This document shows, piece by piece, positions 25,479 to 39,083 of a DNA stretch of 64,000 nucleotides (within the stretch, counting starts at the first letter, position 1; each line of letters begins with the position of its first letter). The notes under the pieces are model-generated. The model saw nothing but the letters and a program-made list of their open reading frames with translations, was not told the origin of the DNA and ran no database searches. The DNA comes from Octopus bimaculoides (taxonomy: Eukaryota): assembly GCF_001194135.2 (NCBI RefSeq), contig NC_068981.1, positions 173,051,102 to 173,115,101 on the forward strand, in the 5' to 3' direction. Made by a program: the position numbers and the translations under genes.

Positions 25479-26941
25479 CTGGTGGTTTATTTCTATCCCC
25501 AACTTTTCTCAATGTGAATCCTTTCAGACGATGATTAAATCGTGTCCCTAACCGAGGCAACAGCCATGACTAGAAACTTTGAGTAACCAATGAGTTAAAT
25601 ATCCTCTTTGTATTGTGCATCTGATACAATCCTCCATATTTACAATCTTTTTTTCATTCGATAATTTTTTTCTCTCGCTAAGTACTTTCAATAGATAATA
25701 TTTGTTTTACACGAATGTGGAATCCATATATGTTTAGCTAACACCCACACGTACGCACGGAATTCATATCTGTTTAGTTAACACACACACGCACACAGAA
25801 TCCAAATTTTAACCAACACACACATGATGCATACACACGCACTAACATACACACACATACGCACGTACATGCATCCCCATACGCACATAACTCTACCATG
25901 AATCTGGGTAAGCATGAAGAAAAGGAAGGACTCAATGCAAAATATAGTTCTGCATTTATGGGGGAGGCGGTTTCCGGCGCGCACGTGTGTGTGTATATTT
26001 ATATAATATCAGTATGCCGTGTTACTACAATCACCTATATTTTCAGTACACGATCTTTCTATAAAACCCAATATTCAACTAAGAATAAATATATTTTACA
26101 ATAATTAATTCGTTTTATTGGCCACAAGGGCTAATATCAATCAAAAACATGTAAGGACAAAGACAGGACGAAGGTTACAAAAGGTTTTGTCCGAAAAAGT
26201 AGGAAAACATTCGTGTAAACAGAGGAAGAAAACGGAGAAAGATATAACAAATAAATAAATAAATAGAACTCCCAATATTATCTACTATCAGCCTTGAAGG
26301 CAGTGCCCCCATAATGGCCGCAGTCCAATCATGGAGACCAGTAATGTGTGTATATATACATACATGTTTACATATTTATATATATATATGTGTGTGTACT
26401 TTATTTGTGGGTTAAAAATACGTACGCGCGCGTTTGTGTGTGTGTTTGTGTCTTGTAATTATATAGATAATTATGCTGTAACTGCACTGAAAACTGGGTT
26501 TTGTGCAAAGGATTACACGCGAAGGGGCTAAAGAAAAGCGAAAAGATTTAGAGCGATAATGTACGCCACGTTTTATCAAGTTCAGCTAAGACTCGAGTCC
26601 TCTACTGAAATACAACGATTTGAAAAAGAAAAATCAACTCTCAGTTTAAAAAAAATAAATAATTTTATGTATTCAAGTTATTTATTCCGTTAATCTTTTT
26701 GTTTTCATTATAAAAATAAGCACACACACACACACGCACACACATATGCGCGCGAGTAACGTGGTTTATTCCTTCGAAGCTGATAAATTATTTGTATACT
26801 CAATTTTTGTACACAAAACAATCATCTTTCATTCGCTTGAGTAACTCACACGAGCGAGAATTTAAGTAATCAAGGAATCGATTATCAGCCACCGACAAAT
26901 ACATATATATATAATACTCAGAGTTTCACGTTCCCGTTCGT

Positions 26942-26981
<40 letters not shown>

Positions 26982-27783
26982 CAGAAACTTCGAGGTAACA
27001 TGAACTAGTTCTCTTTTAAAACAGTTTAACTCGAAACAAATAAATCTATGAAAGCTTATAAATATTCGATTAATTTCTTCTCAAATTCTTTCAATTTGCA
27101 ATCTTTCTGATGAAATCGTTTTAATGCACAGATATTAACTGAGTAATCGTTGAGTTAAATATACATGTGTCTTCTTTGTATGGCGTATCTTAAATTCGTT
27201 CGTTGTTTTAGTTCTCTCATTTGAGAACATTTGTTACTCATGAAATATTTTTTTCTCGCTGAGCGTGTAAAATAATACCCGTATCACACGAACGTGAAAT
27301 ACCGGTCGAGTTATCACACACACATGCGCGTGAATAATAATGCACATCGAATTTCGATATGTAATGAATATCTCTGTCCATTCATCACAATTTCTAATTA
27401 ACAATAGACATAGTTAAAATATTCATAACCTTTTCTCAAACTTTCTGTGTTCTAATTTTTTTAAATAAAATGGGATTGGCTCATTCATCATATGCTAAGG
27501 AGGCTTTTCTTCCTGTTATGATTATTAATAATAATATTAATGAGTTAAAGGAATATGTATATCTGTGTGTTCTGAATTTATTGCTTTTTTTACAAACAAT
27601 TTCGACGTTTGTAGACGTAACGTTTCTGTGTCCTGTACGTCATCAGCGTACGGTTCATACTCAACGAGAATATGCAAATGAGGGTGAAGTAATACATACA
27701 TGCATACATACATTCATGCATGCATGCATGCATACGTACTACGTATGTGTGTGTATCGTGTATACATAAATTTATTATGTATG

Positions 27784-27835
<52 letters not shown>

Positions 27836-29504
27836 TAATGTCTTGCCTATTCAAGGTGTGTAACCTAAATTTGCTAAATTACCGCCATTATTTCTTTTTC
27901 CACCACGACCACTGCTGCTGCTGCTACTGTTACAACTGCTATTGTTACTACTGCTGCTGCAGTTATAGTAATAATAACTATTATAATAATGTATGCAGAT
28001 CGCTCGTAACCTGGAAAGAGCATTGTCGATTAAACGCACTTTAGTACTCGACAGGTACTTTATTTTATCCATTCCGTGCGGGATGAAAGGCGAAATTGAT
28101 AATAACGTTGAACTATTTTATTATCATTGCCGCAAGGACGGCAGATATAATAATAATTTTTTAAAAACTACCACCTTATTTTTAATAAAGCTACTATTTG
28201 ATCACCACTATTAGCGTTCATGCCACCATTATGAACTCCACGATCACCATCACCACTACCATCCCAGCCTTACTACTGCTAATACTACTACTGCTGCTAC
28301 ACTGCTACTACTGCCCCCTTCTTCTACTACTACTGCTACTACTACTACCACTAATAATGATAATCGAGACTACAGTTATGCTTATTATTAGCAGTGAAGC
28401 TACCATCAGTAAGACCCAAAGATGGAAGCCCTCTGAATGATCACTCTATCAACTAGAAATAGCACCAACTAAATTTCCTCCAAATTATATTACATCGTTA
28501 AATAAAGTGAGACATATTGGAAAATGCAATCCTAGATATATAATAACTCAGAAACAAAAACAAAAAATAGGAAGGTATGATTACAAATGGAGGGGATTTG
28601 GTCAGAACGGACTTGGGACTAACCAGCAACGAAATATGCTTCTACGTTGTCGCTTGACCTGCTTCCCAATGGATCAGGTAATCCATTTATAGTCGCTAAT
28701 AAAAATAGAAATAAAAGCAGATACGATGGTCACGACTGGTCTATTAGATTAAACTTGAGGCTAAACTACAATATCATCGCTATTATTACAGATAACACTA
28801 ACCTAATACAATGCCTGCTATTTAACACAACCATCATCACCACCGCTATCATCAATGTGTTCGAATCCATCTTCACTACAACTGCTGTATAAAATAGCAT
28901 TTCCTCACCTATACACCACCATTATCTAGATATGCAATACCATCATCACTACCAACCCTATATAACCTTACCACTTCCTCCTTTTCCTCTTCCTCCTCCT
29001 CCCTTTCCTCCTCCACTTCGTCTTCTTCTCCTCCTCCTCCTTATTATTATTATTCTTCTTCCACTAACGCCGTCACCACTGTTGTATTAAAGTACTATTT
29101 CCTCCGCCACGATCAATGCATCAAATGTCACTTCCTCGATATCCATTACCACCAACACCATCGCCTCCACCACCACCACCACCACTGTTTCCATTACCAT
29201 CACCACCAACACCATCGTCTCAGCCATCAACACCACTGTCACCACCAATGCCACCATCTCCACCACCGCCATCATCAATGACAACAACAACAACAGTTGT
29301 CTTACCACCACTACTACTACTGTATCATATGCTATTTAAATGGCGGGGAGTTAGTAGAATCGCTGGAGTGTCAGAGAAAATACCTTAGTTCAACTTTGCC
29401 TTTTTTTCCATCCTTTTGAGAGACGATAAAATAAAACTACTAATCAAGTACTGAAGTCGATGGCATCTCTTTGACATTGATGGCCTTGTGCTAAAATTAG
29501 AAAC

Positions 29505-30300
29505 CTTTAAATACCATTTCGTTAACCACTGTTCTTACTGTTAAATACCATTTATTTCTCTTTCACACCACCACCAATTATTTAATACCATTTTCCCCCA
29601 CCATCACCAAAATTAAAACCATTTTCTCCACTACCACCACCACCACTATTAAATTCCATTTTCTCCACCATCATTACCAATATTAAATACAATTTCACCA
29701 CCACCACCACCACCGCCATAAAATACCATTTTCTCCACCACCACTATTCAATACTATTTTCTCCAACACCACCACCATAAAATACTATTTTCTTCACTGC
29801 CACCACTGCTATTAAATGCCATTTTCTCCATCACTACTACTGTTGTTAAATACCATTTTCTCTACCACTACCAATATTAAACTATCTTCTCCACTACCAC
29901 CATCACCAATACTAATAAATACCATTTTCTCCATCATCACCACCACCACCAATATCGGTTTCAAATTTTGGTACAAGACCAGCAAATTCGGAGGAGGGAT
30001 AAGTCGATTATATTGATCCTGAAAGGATGAAAGGCAAAGTCGATCCAGGCTGTATTTAAATTCAGTACGTAAAGTCGGTAGAAATGCCGCTAAACATTTT
30101 TCCCGGCGCGGTAACCATTCTCCCCGCTCGCCGCCTTGATCACCACCAATATTAAAGTACCATTTTATTCACCATCACAACTATTAATTACCATTTTCCC
30201 CACTACCACCAATAAATGCCATTTCATCCACCACCAATATTAAATGTCATTTTCTCCACCATTACCACCGCCACCAATACCATACCATCACCACGACTTT
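29505..30300. repeat. Degenerate minisatellite (unit ~ attaaataccattttctcc + (acc)n) interrupted by a SINE
   Basis: About 20 recurrences of aaataccattttc-like units. The SINE at 29957-30139 is flanked by caccaccaatat (29944-29955 and 30141-30152). Confidence 0.8.
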
Positions 30301-31035
30301 TGTATTAAATTCCATTTACGTAACAATTACCACAACTGTATCAACATATCCTCCACCACCATTATCTCTATATTCAATACTATTATCAGGGTAATGAATA
30401 TCATTTCTTTCATTATCACTGTATCAATATCACCAATATTAGTGTATTAAAAATCATTTTCAATCACCATCGCTATCATTGTATTCAATACTATCTCTGC
30501 CACAAGCGTACTACTTCTACCACAACCACCATCACTATCACCACTTTATCAAATGTCAGTTCTTCCACCATAATGATCGCCGCACTCAAAATCACCGGTG
30601 GATCTTCGTCGTTTCACACAGAAGTTTCACGTTTTCGATCATCGACTGAATTTCCTACTCCTAAATTAACAAACAAGTGACTAAAAGAGGCATGGGCAAC
30701 CTTTTTAGAGAAGCGGGCCGCATGAGACATGGCTCATCATCAGGCGGACTATACTACGAAAAGAATTCGAGGTAATTCTTTGTTGGGCGTGCCCACCAAA
30801 TTTCACTCACCACTAGGTTCTGCGTTCGATCCTACTGCGTAGCACCTTGGGCAAATGTCATTTTCTGTAGCCTCGGAGAGACATTTTGCCGACATAAACC
30901 CACGCACTAGTTATATTTCACTTTTGTTATTGTCGTTTTCAACATCTGTCAACTACAGTTCTATATTTAAGAGATGAGGAATTATGTACATTATTTACAT
31001 TTGACGGATATTAGTCCTCATCTTGTTTGTTGTTA

Positions 31036-31079
31036 ACACAACGTTTCGGCTGATATACCCTCCAGCCTTCATCGGGTGT
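31036..31079 (-). ncRNA. Hammerhead motif, left unit (U4-to-C core change)
   Basis: Minus strand: acac-CCGATGA-a-ggctg(gagggtatat)cagcc-GAAA-cg-TT-gtgt. Confidence 0.6.
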
Positions 31080-31264
31080 CTTTAGGAAATTTCGAACCTG
31101 GGTTTTCATTCCTATGGTATTTTTTCGATGTTGTTGTTGTTGTTGTTGTTGTTATTATTATTATTTAGGTCACTGCCTGGAATCGAACTCGGAATCTTGG
31201 GGTTAGTAGCCCGCGCTCTTGGGGCTACTAACTCCAAAATTCCGAGTTCGATTTCAGGCAGTGA

Positions 31265-31326
<62 letters not shown>

Positions 31327-31374
31327 TCGAAAAATATCTTAGGAATGAGAATCCAGGTTTGAAATTTCCTCAAT

Positions 31375-31418
31375 ACACCTGATGAAGGATGGAGAGTATA
31401 TCAGCCGAAATGTTGTGT
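31375..31418 (+). ncRNA. Hammerhead motif, right unit
   Basis: acac-CTGATGA-a-ggatg(gagagtatat)cagcc-GAAA-tg-TT-gtgt. The core is intact, with one stem II mismatch and C-to-T decay in stem III. Confidence 0.68.
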
Positions 31419-34399
31419 TAACAACAAACAAGATGAGGACAAATATCCGTCAAATATAAATAATGTATCAGTCAACTAGTTAATTAATTAACTACTAAAA
31501 TTTTTGAACAATTAGTCGGTTTGCAAGTATCCTGTCGTCGCCGTCTGTAACTTCATAAATTACGTGCCTTCGTCTACTCTACGCATGAGAGTATATCTTC
31601 AATGAGGACACATGCGGCAGCGAAAGTATTCTTGAAGTCACAGACGGCTAACTACAAAAGGACTCCGACTGATTGATTAATCGATTGATTGAGTGGGTGA
31701 TGAAATAATTGGTTAGATGTTGACAAATAAAAAAAAAGAAAGAAAAAAGAAGCTAAATATAACCAGTGTGTGTGATTATATTGACAAAATAGCCTTTTCG
31801 ATTTTCAAAAACTGTTTAACATGCGGTGGTGTCGTAAAAAAGTGTAAGTAAATTGCGATAGATACCAGAAGTAACAACAGTGAAATCCCATCATTTCATC
31901 ATATTTAAGTAGCATGAAAACATTGCATAGAACGTTCATATAATTTTTTCACCCTTTTCACTTATTTATACAGATACGAGATAAATGAAGCAACTCTAGT
32001 TCAGCACTATCACCTGAGTTTTGTCCTTGGCGATTATACACCACTCTTGAGTAGTCTGTACAGAGCAGTTGTTTTCAACTCCATTTTCGGTCACATGTAA
32101 ATCGCGAGTTTATCTTGCGTGCAGACCCCATTTCAGCCAATCAAGATTTTTTTGTTCACGTGATAATTGTTAGAATTTTCCCTCAAAGAAGGACTTCTAG
32201 CGCGATGGATCAGAGGGAATTGGAACCCCATTGGCTACGGTCTCTGGCGAATTCCTCTCTCAACCTGTTTTCACATCTTCATACTCAACCAGCGCGATTC
32301 TCCTAATAGCTGTTCTCACAGTTCTATACCAAACCCGGAGATGGATGAAGAACCAACGCAACCATACATAATTGCAACAATGTGAAGAATCACTTCAATT
32401 ATCTCCGGCACCTTAAAACACGATGTTCATATAAGATTGACTTTGTCATAACCAACTCTACAGATACCCTTGTTAGATTAACAACATATAAGGAATGGTT
32501 CGTAACTTCACAATTATATATATGTAACCTAAACTCATATAAGAAGTCTGTCTATCCATCGGATATCAAACGCGTATATCAAAACGGAAAAATTGTGTAA
32601 TAGCTGTGATTTCTGTACGCAGTAATCACATTTACGGCTCTGCAAACAGTTTATAGCTCCAGCCGTGTATAAATATTATTGCTTTGTAAATCAGTGTTTC
32701 CCTAACTTTTTCATTACTGTTTTGAGTTCAAACAATGCCGAAGTCAACTTTACATTTCATTCCTCAGCAGTGGATATAAACAGATTGTCCCCTCCCTCGA
32801 AATTTCTGGCCTTGTACCTACGTGGATTAGCAGAAGAGCGGTGGTTTGGTGGAATTGTTAGAACGTTCTGATATTTTATATTCTGAATTCAAATCCCACT
32901 GGGGCTAAGTTTCTCTTTCATTCTTCCGAGGTCGATAAAATAAAGTACCAGTCAAGTACTGCATCAATTTTGGCCTTATCTAAATTCTTCTTCTTCTTCT
33001 TCTTCTTCTCCTTCTCCTATATTCTAACTGTACGAGTCACACATATCGTCGCTTTAACCTTTTTTAAAATTTCTCCAATGGAATTTTAAAATTTTATTTG
33101 TAGTTTTATTCATCAGATCTCCAGGGAAAAGAATGTTTAAAAGCTTATTGTATTTTCCCTAAGTAGAGAAAGTATGGCAATTTTTCTCTATCGTGTGCTC
33201 TTAGGTGACATCTCGCATAAAAAAAAATGTGGACTGTGTTGACATTTAAAGAGAGAGAAAGCAGCCTTGACATATGCTTGCGTTTCCTCGGAGGCTGACA
33301 CTTGTCGAGAAAATGTGCTTTTGGTTGAACAATTTTCAGAGAAATTTTGTAGCAATAGAATCACCAAAAGCAACATGCCTGGCAGAAACAATAAAAGCAT
33401 AACAACACCACCTCTTAAGTCGACCGAATACTGCAGAAGAAGGAAAAACAGCATTATCTTCATCACCAAAACCATCTCTATCACTGCTCCCACTATGGTA
33501 TCTAACGACACCAACAACAACAACGCAAATATAACTTGCAGCAATTAGAGTCACACAAACGTGAATAGAGCATTCGTTCGGGTAGAAATATAAACACTAC
33601 ATAGTTAAACCTGACTTGATCGCATTACCAGAAGTGAAAAAGGATGACATACGAAGAAGAGCTACAAATATCAACGGAAAGACTGTAACGGTTGACAGTC
33701 CTACCCCCAGTACAAACCGAAAATTATTGTGTAAAGGATATATGGGTTGTATATGCCATATGAGGCAGGAAAAGCAATATGGTTCGATACCTATACTTAA
33801 ATGAAGAATTTCGAGAAATAGCTACAAATACTTGTTCTTCTGATGAGTATTTAATTGCTGCCGTCCTAAAGCGGCGAGAAATCGAGGTGACGTTCAGCAA
33901 TGGGCCATCTGGAATATATATGTAACGATATTTTAGGTGGAGTGAGTGGTCACCATTTGTAACGATATATTTTAGGATATGTGTTGGAGTCGGCAGTTAC
34001 TAATTGTAACGGATGTTGATGTTGCTGATGTGCAAGATGAAAGAAAAGAAGAACAGTGATCAAAGTTGCTGTTGACTCCAATTTTTTATTTACCGTTACT
34101 TAATACAATGCCATGCCTCAACGGGCGGGTGTGTGTGTAATAATATAAGTGGAAAAGTATGCGGGGTAAAAAAAAAAGTTAATTTCGGCCTGTATGTGTG
34201 TGTACACGATCTCATAGTAGTATATATATATATATAGAGGTGGTAATGCTGCAGAGGAAAGAAATTGAGCTAATGAAAGCGTGGGACGAGACAACTCTGA
34301 TGTTACTTCAGTCGAGACAGCATTTCGTTTGAGCCGGTCAGCCTCCCCTCTATCAGTTGCTCTCCCTAACTTTTCCTTGAAGGCTGCTAGAATTTATAA

Positions 34400-34900
34400 G
34401 AATGCAAGAAGCAACCAAAACAATGGATATTTTGTGGGATTCATTGTTATCTCAATTCACTTCTCTGCCGCAGACGAGGTTAGAAGGGTCAAGTGGCAAA
34501 GACATAAATCGACTTAGCGAAACCATCGGTAAATGTAACTGTCATTATTGTTTTCTCCGTGAGAAAAGAGCTGTTGAAATGTTAAAGGAAATTGGCAGAT
34601 TCAGGTTCGAATCTACTCTATGCCTAAATGAAAAATTAATCTACTCTATGCCTAAATATATAAAGTATACCATCATCACTTTGGCGGGACATGGAGAGAT
34701 AACCACCTTGAGGTCAATCCATTTCAAGAACTGATCTAAATTCATAATGGAAGTAGAGTCGCTGCTCACTCCTGAAAACGTGCAGAAAATATACAACCTC
34801 ATTTGCATGGAGAGAAGAGATCCAATAAGAGTTGTGATAGAAAGTAGGAGAGCTAGCTGTCCTCAGACTTGTGGGGTAAAAAAAACTCTTGCCGTCAACA
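34400..34900 (+). mobile_element. Possible decayed non-LTR ORF1 (L1/Tx1-like) relic
   Basis: DPIRVVIESRRASCPQTCG resembles the 'vvveGRrp.C..CG' zinc-knuckle lead-in of L1/Tx1-type ORF1. The frame is broken; this rests on resemblance only. Confidence 0.3.
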
Positions 34901-35241
34901 CCACGACTACATCAATTTCAACAGCAATAGCAACTGTAGTGGTAGATGCAACAATATCAGAAGAACTAAAAGCATTATCAAGGCTTCTGTACTATTTTGT
35001 TAACTATAGGTCGAGAAAATGCACCGTTATACTGTTGACTCAAGAGTGCGTATATTCGTGATGAATCGTTAGTATCTGATCCATTTTGGTCCACCAGAGG
35101 GCTAATCTAGTTATGTATAGCGAGTTTTTGTTTAGCAAAGTGGAAAAAGAACTTAGAATTAGATTTATATTGTCCACTGCTCGGTGTTCCCTTAGCGAAA
35201 TTTCTTTTTCATAACATAGTTTTAAGTCCATTTCGATGTTC

Positions 35242-35286
<45 letters not shown>

Positions 35287-35494
35287 TTTATATATATATA
35301 ATCTCATCTATTGAGAGAGTTGGTTGTTTTTAGTTGTTTTGTTAGTTTGGTTCTGTTACATATTAATATCCGGCTATCTTGTGGAATAAGGTTCTTGCGG
35401 GAAGAAGCGAGTTTATGTGGGGCATGCTTTCGACAGACCCTGATTAACTCTTCATACAGAAACTTCAATCCCTCGTTAACATTAAGGTTGCCAA

Positions 35495-36960
35495 TATCCT
35501 GAGATCAGTTTATTTTGAGGATTTCAGTTTCGATTCCCTTCCACTTGGCCTTCTTGAAATTCAAATTCATGAGGAGTGAGTCATGTTTGATGCTATTTGT
35601 GTGTGTTACCTTCTTTGAACCATATACAGATAATTGTATAATCTTGTGGTCAGAAATAGCCGTTGGAATAACTTGAACATTATGAATGAAGTCTGTATTG
35701 GTAGTAAAGACTATGTCGAATATGTTATTTTCCCTAGTTGGTCGGGTAATGATTTGCTGCGTGAGAAAGTATTTAGTGGTATCGAGAAGAGCGTTCATAT
35801 CCATCCAGTTCAGTTTTATAGTTCTGGGTTGGATATAGCCTTCAGGACAGCTCAGACTAAGAAAATTAAAGTCACCTGTTATTGGCCTCACTTAGGGTTT
35901 GATTTATGAGCGACAAAGCATCTCTGAAGTGATCTCTGGTTTGCTGCGTCAAGAGGACAGTAGGTGTTGCCTATGATCAAATTAAGGTCGGTCACATGTA
36001 TTATTAGTGTATTGCACACTGTGTTGGAGTGGGAGAGGCGGATATTTTTTGCCAGATTTTCACGGTTGAAGAGCGCTACTCCGTCTTTCCGTATTCTGCG
36101 GTCAGTTCTGTGTAGTGCATAATATGACATACGTAATATGCGCATCCAATATGTCTGGGGTCGGGTGCGCTTCACTAAGCGCTACACATATTGTCTTTTC
36201 TCAGTATGCAACATCTCTAAGATATAATACTTTTGTTCGATTTGCTAAGTGTGAGACATTGTACATTCAGTATTATTATACAGTTGACTTTGTGAGTTAA
36301 TGACAATGATGTTGTGCACTAGAGTAATAGCTGTTATTGGTGTTCTGTGAGAAATAAAAGGTTTCTTTTTATTTCTTTTGCCAGATACATCATGACTAAA
36401 AAAATAATTTTCATGTTTTGGGAGGGGTTGTTGTTTGGAGTTGCTATGGTTGTACTGTTGAATATTGTTATAGTTATATGGTTTGCAGCTGTTGATTTTA
36501 CTATTGTACCCGGTAGATATCTGGGTGACTTCTGGGTTTCGATGAAAGTCTGGACCGACACTGCCAATGTAAGGGATGTTTCTACTGTGGATTTCGTGAT
36601 AGCTTTGACTCCCGCTTTTAATAGTGCGTCGAGTCCCTGGAAGATGAATGAAGGGACAGTCACACTTCAGATATAATCTTTTGCGTTGGAAAAAGCGACA
36701 GACTTTAGGGTTCGGGGTTACACGTGTAGAAGCTATTAAGTGTGATTTAGTATTTAGTGGGTGGTGGTGGTGGTGGTGTAAGGTGTGTGCTTTGGCGTTG
36801 GCTGGTATTACTTGTACGAATTTTGCGTCTTGTCCCAGGTAAATGGGAAAAGTTGCAGACACTGCATATGCATAATCTCTCGCGTTGAGAATAATGGCAC
36901 ATCTTTGGATTTCGTGTGTTCATAAATTTTGTTTTATTTACAAATGGCAGATTTATCATG
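35495..36960 (-). mobile_element. CR1/L2-group LINE relic: CCCH-type ORF1 plus APE endonuclease
   Basis: The APE motifs RKDGVALF, ITGDFN, RPTRENNIFDIVFT and ISDHKII lie at 35505-36175. Upstream are two related Cys/His motifs ending HLPGTRR (NPKMCHY...CNFSHLPGTRR and NPKVCRF...CPFIHLPGTRR). Confidence 0.82.
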
Positions 36961-37451
36961 GAGTTGTGAGGTATACATTCAGATTTAGGGGGACAGGGTG
37001 GGAGAAAAAGGAGTGATTCTTCACTAATTGGAGTAGTAGCAGTGATAAGTCGCAGGAGAATAGTATGATAATGACGACGATGAATATCTTGTGTTATTCT
37101 GAGAAAGTGGGGAATTTGAGTGACCTGACTGTAGAGAAGAGCTGGGGACTGTGTTGTTAGTCGTCAATTGTGATAGTCTTGAGGAATGACTGTGGATACT
37201 GATCTTGTTTAGTTGTGGTAAAGGTGGTAGCAGTAGAACATTATGACAATGATGATGGTTGTCAGTTGTGGTATTCAGAGGAAATAAGAACGTGGATAGC
37301 TAGACTGTGAAAGGGCTGTTGATTGTGGAGTTTAATAAGTCATCAATTGTGCTAGTATTGAGGAATAGCCATGGCTGCTGCTGCTTCTGCTGCTGCTGCT
37401 GCTGTTGTTGTTGTTGTTGTAGAAAGTACATGTAGAAAATATATACTTTAA

Positions 37452-37838
37452 ACGTGTTTCAGTCATTTGACTGCGGCCATGCTGGAGCACCGCATTTAGT
37501 CGAGCAAATCGGCCCCAGGACTTATTCTTTGTTAGCCTAGTACTTATTCTATCGGTCTCTTTTGCCGAACCACTAAGTTACGGGTACGTAAACACACCAG
37601 CATCGGTTGTCAAGCGATGTTGGGGGAAAACACAGACACACAAACATACACACACACACACATATACATATATACGACGGGGTTCTTTCAGTTTCCGTCT
37701 ACCAAATCCACTCACAAGGCTTTGGTCGGCCCGAGGCTATAGTAGAAAACACTTGCCCAAGGTGCCACGCAGTGGGACTGAACTCGGAACCATGTGGTTT
37801 GTAAGCAAGCTACTTGCCACACAGCCACTCCTACGCCT
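37452..37838 (-). mobile_element. tRNA-derived SINE with internal (CA)n
   Basis: Minus-strand head aggcgtaggagtggctgtgtgg...ccgagttcagtccc and body gcaccttgggcaagtg...ggtagacggaaactgaaagaa; tail atggccgcagtcaaatgactgaaac. A partial homolog lies at 51681-51960. Confidence 0.85.
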
Positions 37839-38718
37839 AAGAAGTTTCTCAAAATGCCTGTGAGCTAGTTTAAACGAGATGTGAATATGTTTGACCTTAT
37901 TTTGTATTTGTTTCTCCGATCGGTTATTGAGCAGTTAGAGTGTTGGTAATATAATTCTGACATAAAAGCGTCTATGTTTACGGTTTGGGAAAGTCAAAAC
38001 TATGCATTTATAAGAACGTTGGTTTCATTCTCAGACCACGTTTGTTTATTGTAGACGTGTGGTGTAGCCATGAGTCCGTGTAACGTTGATATATGGATGT
38101 GGATGCAGAAATGCATAAATGTATTTGGGTAAATGTGTTCAAACGTATAATATGTGAGATCTATCTATTCATTAAATGCTGGAAAAATTTAGTATACTCG
38201 CGAGTCTGTGACTATAGTAACATTAGGTTTTTCAATAAAATTGCACCTTTCGTTGAGTTTTAAAACTAATCATGAAGTTTTTGCAGCCACTACTAATTTA
38301 TATTTGCTTCTTCACACGGTATACAAAATCGTGGATTTCGAAGAATTTTCGGTTGAATAGCTGGGTTGAGTTGAATTTTATTTCTTCAGCTACTGACTGG
38401 TCAGAGCTATGAAAAACACATCTAGCCACTGGTCAGAGCTATGAAAAACACATGTAACACGACACAGGTCTCTTGCTTTTTCTTGTGGTAATATGATGCG
38501 CATCTCTTGCTTGGGATGATATGATAGACATGGCCGGAATACCTTTAATCATATATTTGGCCAGGCAGACTAAATACTGATATATTGAACGATTTACATT
38601 CCATAATATGAAAAAAGTTACGGCCAGAACGCTTTTGTTCAAAGGTGTGTTCGATCCATGGTGACCGGGGCTTGGCATCAACATTTCATTCACCATCACC
38701 ACCTACTACGTTGTTGTT

Positions 38719-39083
38719 GGCACTTCGTCGCTTACGACGTCGAGGGTTCCAGTTGATCCGATCAACGGAACAGCCTGCTCGTGAAATTAACGTGCAAGTG
38801 GCTGAGCATTCCACAGACACGTGTACCCTTAACGTAGTTCTCGGATATTCAGCGTGACAAGGCTGACCCTTTGAATTACAGGCGCAACAGAAACAGGAAG
38901 TAAGAGTGAGAGAAAGTTGTGGTTAAAGAGTACAGCAGGGTTCACCATCATCCCCTGCCGGAGCTTCGTGGAGCTTTTAGGTGTTTTCGCTCAATAAACA
39001 CTCACAACGCCCGGTCTGGGAATCGAAACCGTGATCCTATGACCGCGAGTCCGCTGCCCTAACCACTGGGCCATTGCGTCTCC
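38719..39083 (-). mobile_element. tRNA-derived SINE (same family as 11584-11906)
   Basis: Head ggagacgcaatggcccagtggttagggc...cggtttcgattccc. The body is shared with 11584-11906. Confidence 0.85.

Larger units (their letters stand above)
30987..31467. mobile_element. Head-to-head foldback of two tRNA-headed, hammerhead-containing SINE-like units
   Basis: 30987-31212 is the reverse complement of 31222-31467, apart from microsatellite length differences, around a 9-bp centre. Each unit has a B-box gagttcgatt, then (AAT/AAC)n, then a hammerhead motif, then a tail. Confidence 0.85.

Noticed and set aside
27614-27651. Hammerhead-like CTGATGA...GAAACGTTA on the minus strand
   Set aside because: Stems I and II cannot be paired convincingly in register, so it was left out of the ribozyme count.
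29505-30300. CRISPR-like repeat-spacer array
   Set aside because: The context is eukaryotic, the repeats are degenerate, the 'spacers' are simple ACC tracts and there are no cas genes.
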